A stretch of 64,000 nucleotides of DNA from an uncultured Gemmatimonadales bacterium (GCA_963823035.1 CAWGKG010000012.1:288001-352000); one strand, 5' to 3'; shown: positions 10,119-21,795, counted from the stretch's first letter. The notes: generated from the sequence alone by a model not told the origin. Translations and numbers: made by a program.

Positions 10119-11304
10119 TCACCCCACGGCGGCCACCACCCCGTCCATCTCCCGCACCACCTCCACCCCCGCCCCCATGCTCCGGCTGAGCGCGACGTGC
10201 AGCGCACGGACCTCCTGCATGTCCCACGCGAACGAGGCGAGGCGATCGGTGACGTCCATGAGCTCGCGCGCGACCCTGTCGCGCGTCGCCTGGTATTCCT
10301 CGAGCTCGGCCTCTCTTCCGGCCAGGATCGCGCGCGCCAGCAGCTCGGCGTCGCGCAGCGCGTCGGAGATGCCGTGCGCCGTGAAGGGATCGCGGAAGTA
10401 GCCGGCGTCGCCCACGAGCGCCCACCCCGGTCCCACGCACCGCCGGAGGAAGGTCGGCGCGCCCGCGAAGGCGCGCAGCTTCGGAAGCGAAGCGCGCTCC
10501 TCCATATGCACCGCCAACTCGGGCGCCGCCTCGAGCAGCGTCTGGCCGTAGAGCCACTCCAGGCCGCGCCAACGCTCCCGCTCGAACCGCAGTGCGGGCA
10601 TCCCGGCGAAGATGCACGTGTCCCCACCGTTCGTCGGGATCACCCCGGCCCCGACACCCGGGCGGTAGTGCCAGTGGTAGCCTTCCACGTCCAGCCCCGA
10701 CCAGTACCCGAACACGCAGGCGGCTTCGTGATGGCCCACGTGATCCACCGGCGCTTCCACGAGCCGCGCCACCCTCGACCGCATGCCGTCGGCTCCCACC
10801 ACCATGTCCGCGTGGAGCGCCATCTCGCGGCCGTCCGAGCCTGCCACGGTGGCGCCGACCACGCGGCCCGACGGGTCGCGCAGGAGGCCGGCCACCGCGA
10901 ACCCGTGCAGGACGTGCGCCCCGGCCTCCTCCGCCGCATCCACCAGCACCCGGTCCAGGAGGGTGCGGCGGGGTGCGTAGAGAGCATCGACGCCATCGCG
11001 CGGCTTGATCGGGACCGGGACAACCTCGTCCTCGTAGTGGAAGGTCGTGGTGCGGATCGGCGGCGTCCCGGCCGCGATGATCTCGCCCGAGCAGCCCCCA
11101 GCGCGCGAGCTGCAGGATGCCACCGCGCATGAGCGCGTGCGTCGACAGGGTGTCGCTACCGCGCCGGGCGGGGTCGACGACCAGGACGCGCGCGCCGCTC
11201 CTGGCCAGCAGCATGGCGGTGGAGGCACCGGCGCAGCGCGCGCCCGCGACGATGACATCGTAGCTGCCGCGGAGCCGGACGTCCTGCGAGAAAGATGTAT
11301 TCAT
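10119..11304 (-). CDS. FAD-dependent oxidoreductase/monooxygenase (frameshift ~11090)
   Basis: VAGARCAG, VVGADG, LVGDAGYFRDPFTAHGISDA. Confidence 0.85.
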
Positions 11305-11323
11305 GCCACGGCCCTCCCCGGGC

Positions 11324-12550
11324 TCATCCACCGTCATGGATTCTCTCCACCACGGCGCGCGCGTCGGCGCCCACACCGTCGAGGAAGCTCGAGTTGCGTC
11401 GGCGCAGGAAGTTGAGCCCCAGCACGTAGAGGCCCGGCTGCGCGGTGACGCCGTCTTCGTGTCGGATCTCGCCGCGCCCGTCCAGCACCGGCAGGCGGAG
11501 CCACGGGTAGCGGCGTCGATAGCCGGTGGCCCAGACGACCGTGCGGATCCCGGCTGCCCGGAGGTCGAGCCGCCGTTCGGTTTCGGGGATCGGCACGCGA
11601 TGGGGGCGACTCGGCGGCGGGCACGGCGCGGCCCGCTCCCGTCGCCTGGATGTGTGCGTCGATGCGCCGCAGTCGGCGAGCGAGCTGCGCGTCGGCCGCG
11701 CGCAGGTTGTCCGCCAGGTCGTCGGCGATAGATACACTCGATGGCGCTCCGCCGCTTCGACGCGACCCACCACGCGCACGCCCGCCTCCTGCATCACGGC
11801 GAGGTCGAGGGTGCGTCGCTCCGGGGTGCCGACGAGTTGGAGCGAAGGCTCGGCGCGCGCCGCCGTCCAGGTCCGTCACGTCTCCGCGCACGGCGCTCCA
11901 GAGAGCCCATCGCATCGAGCCAGCGAAAGATGTCGCGGCCTCGATAGGTGCGAGGGAGCCGCGTGTGCCGTCCGACCGCGAGCGTGACCGGCCGACCGGA
12001 GGCGTGGATCTCCGCGGCAAGCTGGATGCCCGTGGCCGAGGCCCCGACCACCAGGACGCCGCCGTCGCGGAGCTGCTCGGGATTGCGGTAGGACGTCGGC
12101 ACCACCTGCTCGACGTCTCGCCGCGAGGCCGGCCGCCAACGGCGGGACGTACGGACGGTCGCAATGGCCCGTCGCGACGATCACGGCGTCGGCGCGGAAG
12201 ATGCCGTGATCCGTCTCGACCACGAAGCAACCTGCCGCTCGCTCCACCCGCGTGACCGTGATCCCCGCGAGAACCGGGGCCGGGAAGGAGCTCGCGTATC
12301 CTTCCAGGTACGCGATGAGCTCCCGGCGGCTCATGAAGCCCTCGGGATCGGGACCGCGGTACGACCAACCCGGGAGGCGCGCCATCCAACGCGGCGTCAG
12401 GAGATGGAGCGAATCCCACCGCTCGCTCCGCCACCGCTCGGCCACCCGCCCCCGCTCGAGCACGACGTGCTCGATGCCTCGATCCGTCAACTCGCGACTC
12501 GCGGCCAGCCCCGCCTGGCCTCCCCCGATCACCACCGTGTGCACCCTCAT
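11324..12550 (-). CDS. Flavin-containing monooxygenase-like NAD(P)/FAD oxidoreductase (multiple frameshifts)
   Basis: GGGQAG, RWDSLHLLTP, ATG, VLVVGASATG, WATGY, GLYVLG in successive frames. Confidence 0.82.
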
Positions 12551-12629
12551 CTCCCCCCCACCTCCCTTGCCGGGCGGCGACGGCCGCCGGCCGGCCTCCT
12601 CGACCGACCGGCGGCGCCTCCGCCCCGTC

Positions 12630-13211
12630 TCAGCTCTCGTTGACGGTGATCTCCACCGGCACCTGGTTGGTGATGATGTCGAACACGGCCGAGCGGCCAC
12701 GCGACTGCTCCACGATCTGCCGGAGCTTCTCCTCCGGCGCGTTGCCCCGGATCGTGTAGTCCACGCGGATCTTCTGGTAGCCGTTGCGTACCTGGTCGGA
12801 GAGGCCGAGCAGGCCCTGCAGGTCGATCTCACCCTCGACGCGCGCCTCGACGCCGTAGAGCTCCACGCCGCGGGCAGACGCGATGTTGCCGATCCCCGCC
12901 GTGAGGCAGGAGGCGAGGCCGATCAGCACGAACTCGACAGGCGTCGGGCCGTTGTCCGCGCCGACCAGAACCTGCGGGTGGTCCGCGTCGAACTCGAAGG
13001 TGCGCTTATGCTCCTGCTCGCCGCCGGCGCCGTAGAACGACTCCACGGTGGTGCGGCTGTGCGTGCCGGCGATCCACTCGTTCGTCGCACGGAAGCGGAA
13101 CTTCGCCAGCTCCCGCTGGCCCGCCACCGCGTCGATCGTGGCGAACAGCGTCGGAACGTCCACACCGTTCATCGGCTCGCGCTTGCGGGGCTCGGTCATC
13201 GTCTGCGTCAT
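12630..13211 (-). CDS. OsmC family protein
   Basis: NGVDV..., GPTPVEFVLIGLASC, DLQGLLG. Confidence 0.88.
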   Translation of the reverse strand: MTQTMTEPRKREPMNGVDVPTLFATIDAVAGQRELAKFRFRATNEWIAGTHSRTTVESFYGAGGEQEHKRTFEFDADHPQVLVGADNGPTPVEFVLIGLASCLTAGIGNIASARGVELYGVEARVEGEIDLQGLLGLSDQVRNGYQKIRVDYTIRGNAPEEKLRQIVEQSRGRSAVFDIITNQVPVEITVNES

Positions 13212-13361
13212 CGTCGTCCTCCCATCATCAGCCCCGAGGTCCTGAGGCATCGGTTCACGATGGATCGGGGCCGGTGCGGCCCGTCACGCGTTCATGGGAG
13301 TTGACCGGAGATCGCCGCGGACCGGATCACCGGCGGGCGGGAAGGTGTGCCGCGAAGAACT

Positions 13362-13649
13362 CTACAGCCCCTCGACCACGACGATGTTCGTGTCGGCAAC
13401 GCGGTGGCGGAGCGCCTTGAGGTCCCGGTACGCGGGATCGTCCACGAACGCCTGGATCGAGGCCCGGTCCGGAAAGCTGAAGAGCACCAGACGGGCCGGC
13501 GTCCACGTGCCCTCGAGCACCTCGCAGGCGCCGCCTCGCGCGAGATATACGCCGCCGTGCTTCGCGGCGAGGGGTGCCACGCCCTTCTTGTAATCCTCGT
13601 AAGCTGCGGCGTCGCGCACGTGCACGTCGACGATCATGAAGGCGGGCAT
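13362..13649 (-). CDS. DUF1330 family protein
   Basis: KHGGVYLARGG..VLEG, FPD, VVVEG; ~95 aa. Confidence 0.85.
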   Translation of the reverse strand: MPAFMIVDVHVRDAAAYEDYKKGVAPLAAKHGGVYLARGGACEVLEGTWTPARLVLFSFPDRASIQAFVDDPAYRDLKALRHRVADTNIVVVEGL

Positions 13650-13716
13650 CGGGGCTCCGGGCGGGGGTGGATCGCGTCGGAGGTGCCCCCGGCGCGTGGG
13701 TGACGTCGGCGCCGGG

Positions 13717-14743
13717 TCATCCCAACGCTCCAAGCGTCTCCCAGCTCTGCGGTCGGCGCCCCTCCTCCACGTCGTGGACCAGCGCGACCAGCGCTACGCA
13801 CGAGCGGCGTCGCGACTCCGACCTCCGCGCCGAGGTCCGCGATCACGGCGATCTGCGCGTCTACCTCGGTCTTCCGCTTCCGCACGGCGAGGTCACGCCA
13901 CACGCCACTGTGGGACTTGGCGGAGTCACGGTTGAACGCCACGAGCCGATCGAGCGAGGCGCCCGCGTCGGCGGCCGGCGCGTCGGGGAAGAAGGCGGAC
14001 GGATCGAAGCCGTCGAACGGCTCCGGCCGAACGTCGCGCGCCATGGCCACGCGCATGACTTCCCGACCGAGCGCCACCAGGACGGGGCGGCGCTCCTTCG
14101 AGTCCAACACGTCGGCGATGGAGGCGTCCGTGAGCGCCGTCGCGAAGAGGAGCGCCCCGTACGCGAGCTTGGCCCAGAGATAGCCCCACACGTTGTCCGT
14201 GAGAACCGCGTTCGGCTCGAACTCGCGGAAGAGTGCGTGGAGTGCCACGATCCGGTCACTGCGCGCACCGTCCAGCTCACCGACCACGGTCGCGCCCCGG
14301 TTGCCCCGCTGGATCACGCCGGGCTCCACGACGTCCGCGCCGAAGTTCACGAAGCAGCCGACCGTTCGCTGCGGCCCGATGCGGTGCGCGATCACCCGCT
14401 CGTTGAGGCCGTTCTGGACCGACACCACGAACCCGTCGTCCGCGAGGAGGGGGGCCATCTGGTCGAGGGCGGCTTCCGTGTGGTGGGCCTTCACGGCCAA
14501 GAGGACGGTGCGCAGCGGGCCCTCCACCTCGGTCGGGAGCAGGGCGGGCGCGCGCACCTCGAAGGCGTCCACGGGACCGGTGATCTTCAGCCCTCGACGC
14601 GCGATGGCGCGCACGTGGGCCTCGTCGCTGTCGACGAAGAGGACGTCGTGACCGGCGCGGCGGAGGGCGGCGCCGATCGAGCCGCCCATGGCACCTGCGC
14701 CCCAGACGACGATCGGCTCGTGGAGGACATCCGGAGGATTCAT
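13717..14743 (-). CDS. Ketopantoate reductase family protein (C-terminal frameshift; probable stop 13717)
   Basis: WGAGAMGG, LAVK, SVQNG, WAKL, RKTEVD. Confidence 0.85.
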
Positions 14744-16716
14744 GCGGGAAGGCTACGCCCCGGGATGGCGTCCGCCACGATCTCCACCACGTGGCGCACC
14801 TTCACCGGACGCTCCTCGTAGCCCTCCTGCGCCTTGAGCCCGTCCTCGAGCATGGCCATGCAGAACGGACACGACACGGCAAGCGTCGGCGCACCGGACT
14901 TCATCACCTCGGCCGCCCGCTCCCACGAGACGCGCGGCTCCTGCTCCTCGCGCCAGAAATTGCCGCCCCCCGCGCCGCAGCAGAACGAGTGCTCCCGGTT
15001 CCGCTCCAACTCCACCAGCTTCCCGCCGCCGGCCTGAACGAGCGCGCGCTGCTCTTCGTAGATCCCGTTGTAGCGGCCGTAGAAGCAGGAGTCGTGGTAC
15101 GCGACGGCGCCGATATCGACCTTCCCCGGCAGGCCGTGCCAGCGCACCAGGCGCGCGACCTCCTCCTCCACGCTCACGACCTGGAAGGGCAGCCCGTCCC
15201 AATCCTCGGGGACGAAGTCCTTGTAGTCCTTCCCGAACACCTGGTGGCAGTGCGGGTTGGTCACCATGAGGCGCTGGAAGCTCACGCTCCCGAACAACTC
15301 GAGGTTCGCCTGGGCGTTCATCTGGAACTGCAGCTCGTTGCCCATCCTCCGGTAGTTCTCGCCGCAGCAGGCCTCGGTGTCACCCAGGATCCTGTAGTCG
15401 ACGCCGAAGTGGTCGAGCACCTTGAGGGTCGCGCGTGTGGTCTCCACGGAGCGGTCGTCGTACAGCCCCCAGCACCCGACCCAGAAGAGGAGCTCGAACT
15501 CGTCACCGGGGGTGGCCACGGGCACGCCGTCGAGCCCCGCGACCGTCTCGGTCTTGCGGTGCTCGCCGTAGCCCCACGGGTCGCCGGAGCGCTCCATGTT
15601 CTGGAACACGCGCTGGTACTCGGGCTCGATGTCGCCGGCGTCCAGAACCTGGTAGCGGCGCATGTTCAGGAGCATCGACAGGTGGTCGATGTTCACCGGG
15701 CACGCCGCGACGCAGGCCATGCAGCTCGTGCATTGCCAGAGCGTCTCGGCGGCGATCACGTGGTCGATGAGCGGCTGCTTCTCGAGCGCCACACCCTCCA
15801 CGCTACCGCCCGACTCCGTGAAGCGCTCCCGCGCCACCTGCGCCTGCTTCCCGTGCGGCGTCTCCCCTTTCGCGTGGTACTTCAGGTCGACGATGAAGTC
15901 GCGAGGGCTGAGGAGCTTGCCCGTCGCGTACGCGGGACACGCGTCCTGGCACCGGCCGCACTCGATGCACGTCATCAGGTCGAGCCGATCCGTCCACGCC
16001 AGGTGCGCCAGCCGGTTGAGCCCGTACGCGTCGCCCCTGGACTCGTCGAGCTCGGCCTCGAGGTCCATGTAGTCCATCTTCTGCTCGTCCTCGAGTTGCT
16101 GGAGGACGGCGTTGACCGGACCGCCGAGGATGTGGAAATGCTTGGAGGTCGGTACGTACGCGAGGAAGGAGAACGCGACCGCGAGGTGGGCGTAGCCGAA
16201 GTACGTGCTGGCGGTCCCGGTGAGGTAGCGCTCGCCGAGGTGCGTCGCGGCGATCAGGCCGATCACCACGAGGACGATCGCCGACTCGGGGCTGTAGTAC
16301 GTCAGGGAAGACGGGCGGAAGACATAGCGCCGCACGCCGAGGAACACGATGCCCGCCAGGATCATGAAGGCGAAGACGTCGACCACGCCGGAGATCCATC
16401 CCAGGGGACCGAGGAGGAAGCCCTCCCCGCCCACCGCCAGGCGTACGAGGAGGTCCAGCGTGGAGATCACGAAGGCGAGGAAGCCCCAGAACACGAAGGC
16501 GTGCGCCCATCCGGCGGCCAGGCGCTCGCGCACGCGCGACTGACCGATCACTTCCGTGAAGAAGAGCCCGATGCGGCGGCCCACGTGGTCGGCGCGGCTC
16601 TCCGGCCTGCCCCTGCGCACGAACGCGACCTTGTCGGCCACCCGCCTGACGAAGAGGGCGATCGCGCCGAGCAGGTAGACGGCGACCACGATGCGAACGA
16701 TCTCTGGCGTATTCAT
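14740..16716 (-). CDS. Membrane-anchored (Fe-S)-binding oxidoreductase with CCG domains (FadF/HdrD-like)
   Basis: N-terminal TM helices; CIECGRCQDACP, CTSCMACVAACP; two CCG motifs. Confidence 0.9.
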   Translation of the reverse strand: MNTPEIVRIVVAVYLLGAIALFVRRVADKVAFVRRGRPESRADHVGRRIGLFFTEVIGQSRVRERLAAGWAHAFVFWGFLAFVISTLDLLVRLAVGGEGFLLGPLGWISGVVDVFAFMILAGIVFLGVRRYVFRPSSLTYYSPESAIVLVVIGLIAATHLGERYLTGTASTYFGYAHLAVAFSFLAYVPTSKHFHILGGPVNAVLQQLEDEQKMDYMDLEAELDESRGDAYGLNRLAHLAWTDRLDLMTCIECGRCQDACPAYATGKLLSPRDFIVDLKYHAKGETPHGKQAQVARERFTESGGSVEGVALEKQPLIDHVIAAETLWQCTSCMACVAACPVNIDHLSMLLNMRRYQVLDAGDIEPEYQRVFQNMERSGDPWGYGEHRKTETVAGLDGVPVATPGDEFELLFWVGCWGLYDDRSVETTRATLKVLDHFGVDYRILGDTEACCGENYRRMGNELQFQMNAQANLELFGSVSFQRLMVTNPHCHQVFGKDYKDFVPEDWDGLPFQVVSVEEEVARLVRWHGLPGKVDIGAVAYHDSCFYGRYNGIYEEQRALVQAGGGKLVELERNREHSFCCGAGGGNFWREEQEPRVSWERAAEVMKSGAPTLAVSCPFCMAMLEDGLKAQEGYEERPVKVRHVVEIVADAIPGRSLPA

Positions 16717-16865
16717 GGGGCTACACTAGCCAAATCCCCACGCGATCGCACGGCTCGGCGACGGTGCTCCGCCCCTCGCCTGGCCCCGTCCCCAGGCCCC
16801 GGAACCGGGCCTGAGCCGGGGAGTAGGATCTTCCTCCGCGACCCACCCGCGAAACAGGAGGCCCC

Positions 16866-18333
16866 ATGGCGGAGTCTCGCCCCCGCACCGTCGGCGAGCT
16901 CAAGGCGTCGGGTTATCGGCCCCGCTCGGTCAAGCAGGAAATGCGCAGCAACCTGGTCTGCCGCCTCCAGGAGGGAGCGAAGCTCTTTCCGGGTGTGCAG
17001 GGATACGACGAGACCGTCATCCCGCAGATCGTCAACGCCGTGCTCGCCCAACACGACTTCATCCTCCTCGGGCTGCGCGGACAGGCGAAGAGCAGGATCC
17101 TGCGCCAGCTGGTCGAGCTGCTCGACCGGGAGACGCCGATCCTCGCCGGGAGCGAGGTGAACGACGATCCGCTGCGTCCGATCTCGAAGTTCGCCCGCCT
17201 GCTCCTCGCCGAGCAGGGCGACGACGCGCCCATCGAGTGGGTCGACCGCGAGCACCGCTACGTCGAGAAGCTCGCCACCCCGGACGTGACCATCGCTGAC
17301 ATGATCGGCGACGTCGATCCCGATCAAGGCGGCACGCGGCGGTCACATCCTCGCGGACGAGCTGACGATCCACTACGGGCTGCTACCCCGCGCGAACCGC
17401 GGCATCTTCGCGATCAACGAGCTGCCGGACCTCGCCGGCAAGATCCAGGTGGGCCTCTTCAACATCCTGCAGGAGGGTGACGTGCAGGTGAAGGGCTACC
17501 CGATCCGCCTGGCGCTGGACGTCATGATGGTGTTCACCGCCAACCCGGAGGACTACACGGCGCGCGGCAAGATCATCACGCCGCTCAAGGACCGCATCGG
17601 TGCCGAGATCCGGACGCACTATCCCGAGGTCGTGGAGATCGGGATGGACATCACCCGCCAGGAGGCGTGGGTGGAGCGCGACGGGCTCGGCGTGGAGGTG
17701 CCGGAGTTCGTCCAGGAGACGGTCGAGCTGATCGCCTTCCTGGCGCGCACGGACAAGCGCGTGGACCACCGCTCGGGCGTGAGCCAGCGCATGCCGATCA
17801 CGGTCATGGAGACGATCGTCTCGAATGCGGAGCGCAGGGCGCTCCGCAACGGCGAGGACCTCGTGGTGCCGCGGATCGCGGACATCTACCAGGCGCTCCC
17901 GGCCATCACCGGGAAGATGGAACTGGAGTACGAGGGTGAGCTGCACGGCCACGACCGGATCGCCCGCGAGCTGATCCAGGGTGCCGCGTCGCAGTGTTTC
18001 GCCGCGAGGGCGGGTGGGGCCGACGTGGACGACATCGTCGAGTATTTCGAGTCCGGCGGCGCGCTGCAGGTGGGGGAGGACGCCACCGCCGACGCTTCGG
18101 TGCGCGGGTTCAAGACGGTTCCGGGGCTCCTGGAGCTGATCGAGAATCTCGGCTTCGCGCCGCGGGAAGCGGGAGACGGCGTGCGTGCCGCCGCCTGCGA
18201 GCTTACTCTCGAGGCGCTGGTCGCACAGAAGCGGATCAGCCGCAGCTCGGCCGGCGGCTACACCCGCGCCCGCCACGAGGGCCCCCAGCAGGGGAAGGGC
18301 TTCAAGGGCTTCGACCCCGGTCTGAATATCTAG
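16866..18333 (+). CDS. MoxR/Mg-chelatase-like AAA+ ATPase (frameshift ~17320)
   Basis: GLRGQAKS Walker A, EKLATPD, FTANPEDYTARGKIITPLKDR. Confidence 0.88.
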
Positions 18334-18361
18334 CAGCCCCGACCACGGAGAGGGCACGTCG

Positions 18362-18925
18362 TTGAGCTCCGACCCGACACTCTCGCCCGAGCAACGCCGC
18401 GCGCTCGAGGAGGCGAGGGAGCGGGCGCGCAAGATCCTCGCGGCCGGCAAGGTCGCGGCGTTCAACGGCTGGACGATCGGGATCTTCGCGGCGCTGACGC
18501 TCCTCTTCGGGATCGGCAACGTGGTCGTCATGGGCCTCGCGGTCGGACTGGGCGTGGTCGCCTGGAACGAGTTCAAGGGACGCGCGGCGCTCCGCAGCCT
18601 CGAGCCTTCCGCCGGCCGCTTCCTGTGCAACAACCAGCTCGGGCTGATGGTGCTGATCGTGGCCTACGGCCTGTGGAGCATCTGGCGGGTGCAGGCGGGT
18701 CCGCCCGATCCCGAGATGGTGCAGCTCCAGGACCTCGTGGGCGTAGGCTCCGACCTGATCGGGCAGCTCACCGTGGTCCTCTACCTGGGCGTGATCGCGG
18801 CGACCGTGATCTTCCAGGGGCTCAACGCGCGCTACTACCTCAAGCGCACCGCGATGACCGAGGCCTATCTGGCGGAGACGCCGGCCTGGGTGGTGGACCT
18901 GCAGCGCGCGGCGGCGCTCGACTGA
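18362..18925 (+). CDS. Hypothetical membrane protein (~4 TM)
   Basis: 187-aa ORF with four hydrophobic segments and high-GC3 codons. Confidence 0.65.
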   Translation: MSSDPTLSPEQRRALEEARERARKILAAGKVAAFNGWTIGIFAALTLLFGIGNVVVMGLAVGLGVVAWNEFKGRAALRSLEPSAGRFLCNNQLGLMVLIVAYGLWSIWRVQAGPPDPEMVQLQDLVGVGSDLIGQLTVVLYLGVIAATVIFQGLNARYYLKRTAMTEAYLAETPAWVVDLQRAAALD

Positions 18926-19750
18926 TCAGCTCCCGGCTGCCTTGTGGGCGCGCCCGAGCAACCTGGGCTCGTCGACGCGATCCGTGAATCCCTCGAAGTC
19001 GGCGGTGGGCCCCTCCCAGCGCAGCGCGTCGACGCTCTCGAAGAGACGCGCGTCCGTGCGCAGCGTCGCCAGCTTCTTGAAGAGGAGGGCCCGCTCCCCG
19101 TCCTCGCCGAGCACAGAGGGCGGGAAGTCCTCGATCGGGCCGTGGCTGTTCAGCAGGCGGGCCGCGCCGACCGCGCCGATCCCGGAGATGCCCGGAAAGC
19201 CGTCCGCGGCGTCCCCCACGAGCGCCAGGTAGTCGGGGATGAGCGGCGGCGCCACCCCGAACTTCTCGCGTACCCCGTCCTCGTTCCGGATCTTGTTGCC
19301 GCGCCGGTCCATCTGGACCACGCGGTCCCCGCGGACGCATTGAGACAGGTCCTTGTCGGGCGTCCAGATGCAGACCTTCGTCACCGCCGGATCACCGTCG
19401 GCCAGGTGGGCGGCCGAGGCCAGACCGTCGTCCGCCTCCAGCTCCACCATCGGCCAGACGGCCACGCCCATCGCGGCGAGTCCGTCCTCGAGCGGATGGA
19501 ACTGCGCCTTCAGGGCAGGCTCGACCCCTTCGCCCGTCTTGTAGCCCCCCCAGAGGTCGTTGCGGAACGACTCGATCACGTGGTCCGTCGCCACCCCCAC
19601 GTGCGTCGCGCCGTCCTCCACGAGCTGCAGGACGGTGCGGAGCACGCCCACCACCGCGCCGAAGGGCGGGTCGCCACCCTTGGAGAACCGCCGCAGGCCG
19701 TAGAAGTGGCGGAACAGCTCGTAGGTGCCGTCCACGAGATGGACGATCAA
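18926..19750 (-). CDS. 5'-3' exonuclease / flap endonuclease
   Basis: HLVDGTYELFR, FRNDL..YK, EADD, DKDL, GDAADGFPGISGIG (H3TH); TTG start with GGAGG. Confidence 0.9.
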   Translation of the reverse strand: MIVHLVDGTYELFRHFYGLRRFSKGGDPPFGAVVGVLRTVLQLVEDGATHVGVATDHVIESFRNDLWGGYKTGEGVEPALKAQFHPLEDGLAAMGVAVWPMVELEADDGLASAAHLADGDPAVTKVCIWTPDKDLSQCVRGDRVVQMDRRGNKIRNEDGVREKFGVAPPLIPDYLALVGDAADGFPGISGIGAVGAARLLNSHGPIEDFPPSVLGEDGERALLFKKLATLRTDARLFESVDALRWEGPTADFEGFTDRVDEPRLLGRAHKAAGS

Positions 19751-19900
19751 GGCGCGGACCTCCCGGGCGGGTCGACTGGGGCTTCGTGCCCGGAACCTCG
19801 GAAAGGGACGGGCGTCGCGCCATGGCCCCGCCCGCGTGCCTTGCCGACGCCCCCTGCGCTCGCCAACGTGCGGCCTACGACCACGTCCGCTGCGATGGCG

Positions 19901-21007
19901 ATGAGTCACTCCGATCCCCTCCCCTTCGACGCCGCGCTCACCGCGTACGACGCGCAGGCGCGTGCGCTCCTCGTCGCCCTCCTGGCGGGTGATGCCCGCG
20001 CCGAGGAGCGCTTCAAGTGGGAGCACCCTCGCTTCCGCGACCGGCCGCTCTCCGAGGTGCGTGGATCTCCGCTCGGCCTGGAGGACGCCCGCGTCGTGGT
20101 GGCGCGTGACCATGCTTTCGACACCTGGGAGGACCTGGCGGCGTACGTGGCCGCCGCGTCCGAGGACGGACCGCTGCGTCGCTTCGAGCTCGCGGCGGAC
20201 GCCGTCGTGTCCGGGGACACCGGACTCCTGCGCTCAGCGCTGCGCGACGACCCGGACCTTGCCCACGCGCGCTCGACGCGGCGCCACCATGCCACGCTGT
20301 TGCACTACGTCGCGGCCAACGGTGTGGAGAACGTCCGCCAGAAGACGCCGCCCAACGCGGTGGAGGTGGCGATCGTCCTGCTCGACGCGGGAGCGGAGGT
20401 GGACGCGCTGGCGGATGCGTACGACTAGAAGTGCACGACCATGAGCCTGCTGGTGTCCAGCTCGCACCCGGCCGAGGCGGGCGTGCAGATCGCGCTGGCC
20501 GAGCTGCTCCTCGACCGTGGCGCGGCCCTCGAAGGACCCGGCTCGGCCTGGCAGTCCGCGCTGATGACGTCGCTCACGTTCGGCTTTCCGGACGTCGCGG
20601 AGGCGCTCGTCCGCCGCGGCGCGCCGCTCGACAACCTCCCGGTGGCCGCGGGGATGGGCCGGCTCGACGAGGCTTCGCGCCAGATGGAGGGCGCGGACGC
20701 CGCCGACCGGCACGCGGCCCTGGTGCTGGCGGCGATGCACGGGCACGCGGACGTCGTGCGCCTCCTTCTCGAGGCGGGCGAGCCTGCGGACCGGTACAAC
20801 CCCGCCACCCTGCATGCGCACGCGACACCTCTACACCAGGCGGTCGCGGCCGGCCACCTGGACGTCGTCCGCGTTCTGGTCGAGGGGGGCGCACGCCTGG
20901 ACATGTGTGACAGGATCTGGGAGGCGACGCCCCTCGACTGGGCCGTCCATCTGAAGCAGGCCGACGTCGCGGACTATCTGCGCACGAAGGGAGCGACGAC
21001 GACGTGA
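19901..21007 (+). CDS. Ankyrin-repeat protein interrupted by an in-frame TAG at 20426-20428
   Basis: TLLHYVAANG, LLDAGAEVD, TPLHQAVAAGH, TPLDWA; both halves are in the same frame. Confidence 0.8.
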
Positions 21008-21023
21008 GGGCCGTGGCTAGCCG

Positions 21024-21285
21024 TCAACGCTCGTACGCTTTGCCGCGTGGGAGCACCCGCAGGACCAGGATCACGCCGTCGTCGTTGATGTAGGCGTACC
21101 GAATCCGGAGTTCGCCAATCCTCAGTCGCCATTCCGGCGGCTTGATATCCTTGAGCCGCTTGATGTCGCCCTCGTCACTCGCCGCGAGCTTGCCCAGCGC
21201 TGCGTAAGGCCTTTGCTTGGTCTTGCTTGTCGAGGCGCTTCAGATCCTTCTTGGCGCGGTTCGAGACGACGAGCTTCCAGCTCAG
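21024..21285 (-). CDS. RelE/ParE family toxin (one extra base ~21225; probable CTG start)
   Basis: Manual translation: SWKLVVSNRAKKDLKRLDK then EGDIKRLKDIKPPEWRLRIGELRIRY...VLRVLPRGKAYER*; absent from the ORF track. Confidence 0.8.
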
Positions 21286-21536
21286 AGCTCCAACTCCTCC
21301 TTGACCTCGTCCAGCGTCTGTACCCGTCCGGCCTTGTAGTCTTCCCAGGCCTCGCAGACGCCAGCCTCTTCTTCCTCGGTCACCGGCTCATCGTCGAAGG
21401 GGGCGTTCATGAGCTTTCGGATAAACGGATCGCCATGCTCAGCCAGGTATTCCAGGTAGCGCTCCGCGGCGTGGATCTCCTCATCGGGGATCCGGTCTAC
21501 GAGCCGGTAGAGTCTCTCTTTGGCCTTGGCTTCCAT
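21282..21536 (-). CDS. Putative antitoxin
   Basis: 84-aa acidic ORF ending DYKAGRVQTLDEVKEELEL; its stop overlaps the toxin start. Confidence 0.75.
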   Translation of the reverse strand: MEAKAKERLYRLVDRIPDEEIHAAERYLEYLAEHGDPFIRKLMNAPFDDEPVTEEEEAGVCEAWEDYKAGRVQTLDEVKEELEL

Positions 21537-21726
21537 CGCGGTCCGTCCCGCCGTGGTAATCGACACCAGTAAGCTACTTCTGTTCTACCCGTGCAGCACA
21601 CATGTGGGTTCGTGGGCGGAACCTGGACCGCCGGTTCGGGGAGGAGTCGTTCCAACCCCGTACGGCGAAGCCGGAGGCCGGGGGAGGACCCGCCGCTCTA
21701 GCGGGGACCTCGCCGCCCCAGGTGCA

Positions 21727-21795
21727 GGCGTCTTCTTGGGTGAACTGCCCCGTAGTCGGATCGTAGTACCGGATCCTGCGATACGATAGGCCGGT
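21727..21795 (-). pseudogene. RHS repeat-associated core fragment C
   Basis: Translates TGLSYRRIRYYDPTTGQFTQEDA. Confidence 0.8.

Noticed and set aside
17310..17335. Programmed frameshifting in split genes
   Set aside because: No slippery heptamer at this junction; the window-wide pattern fits sequencing indels.
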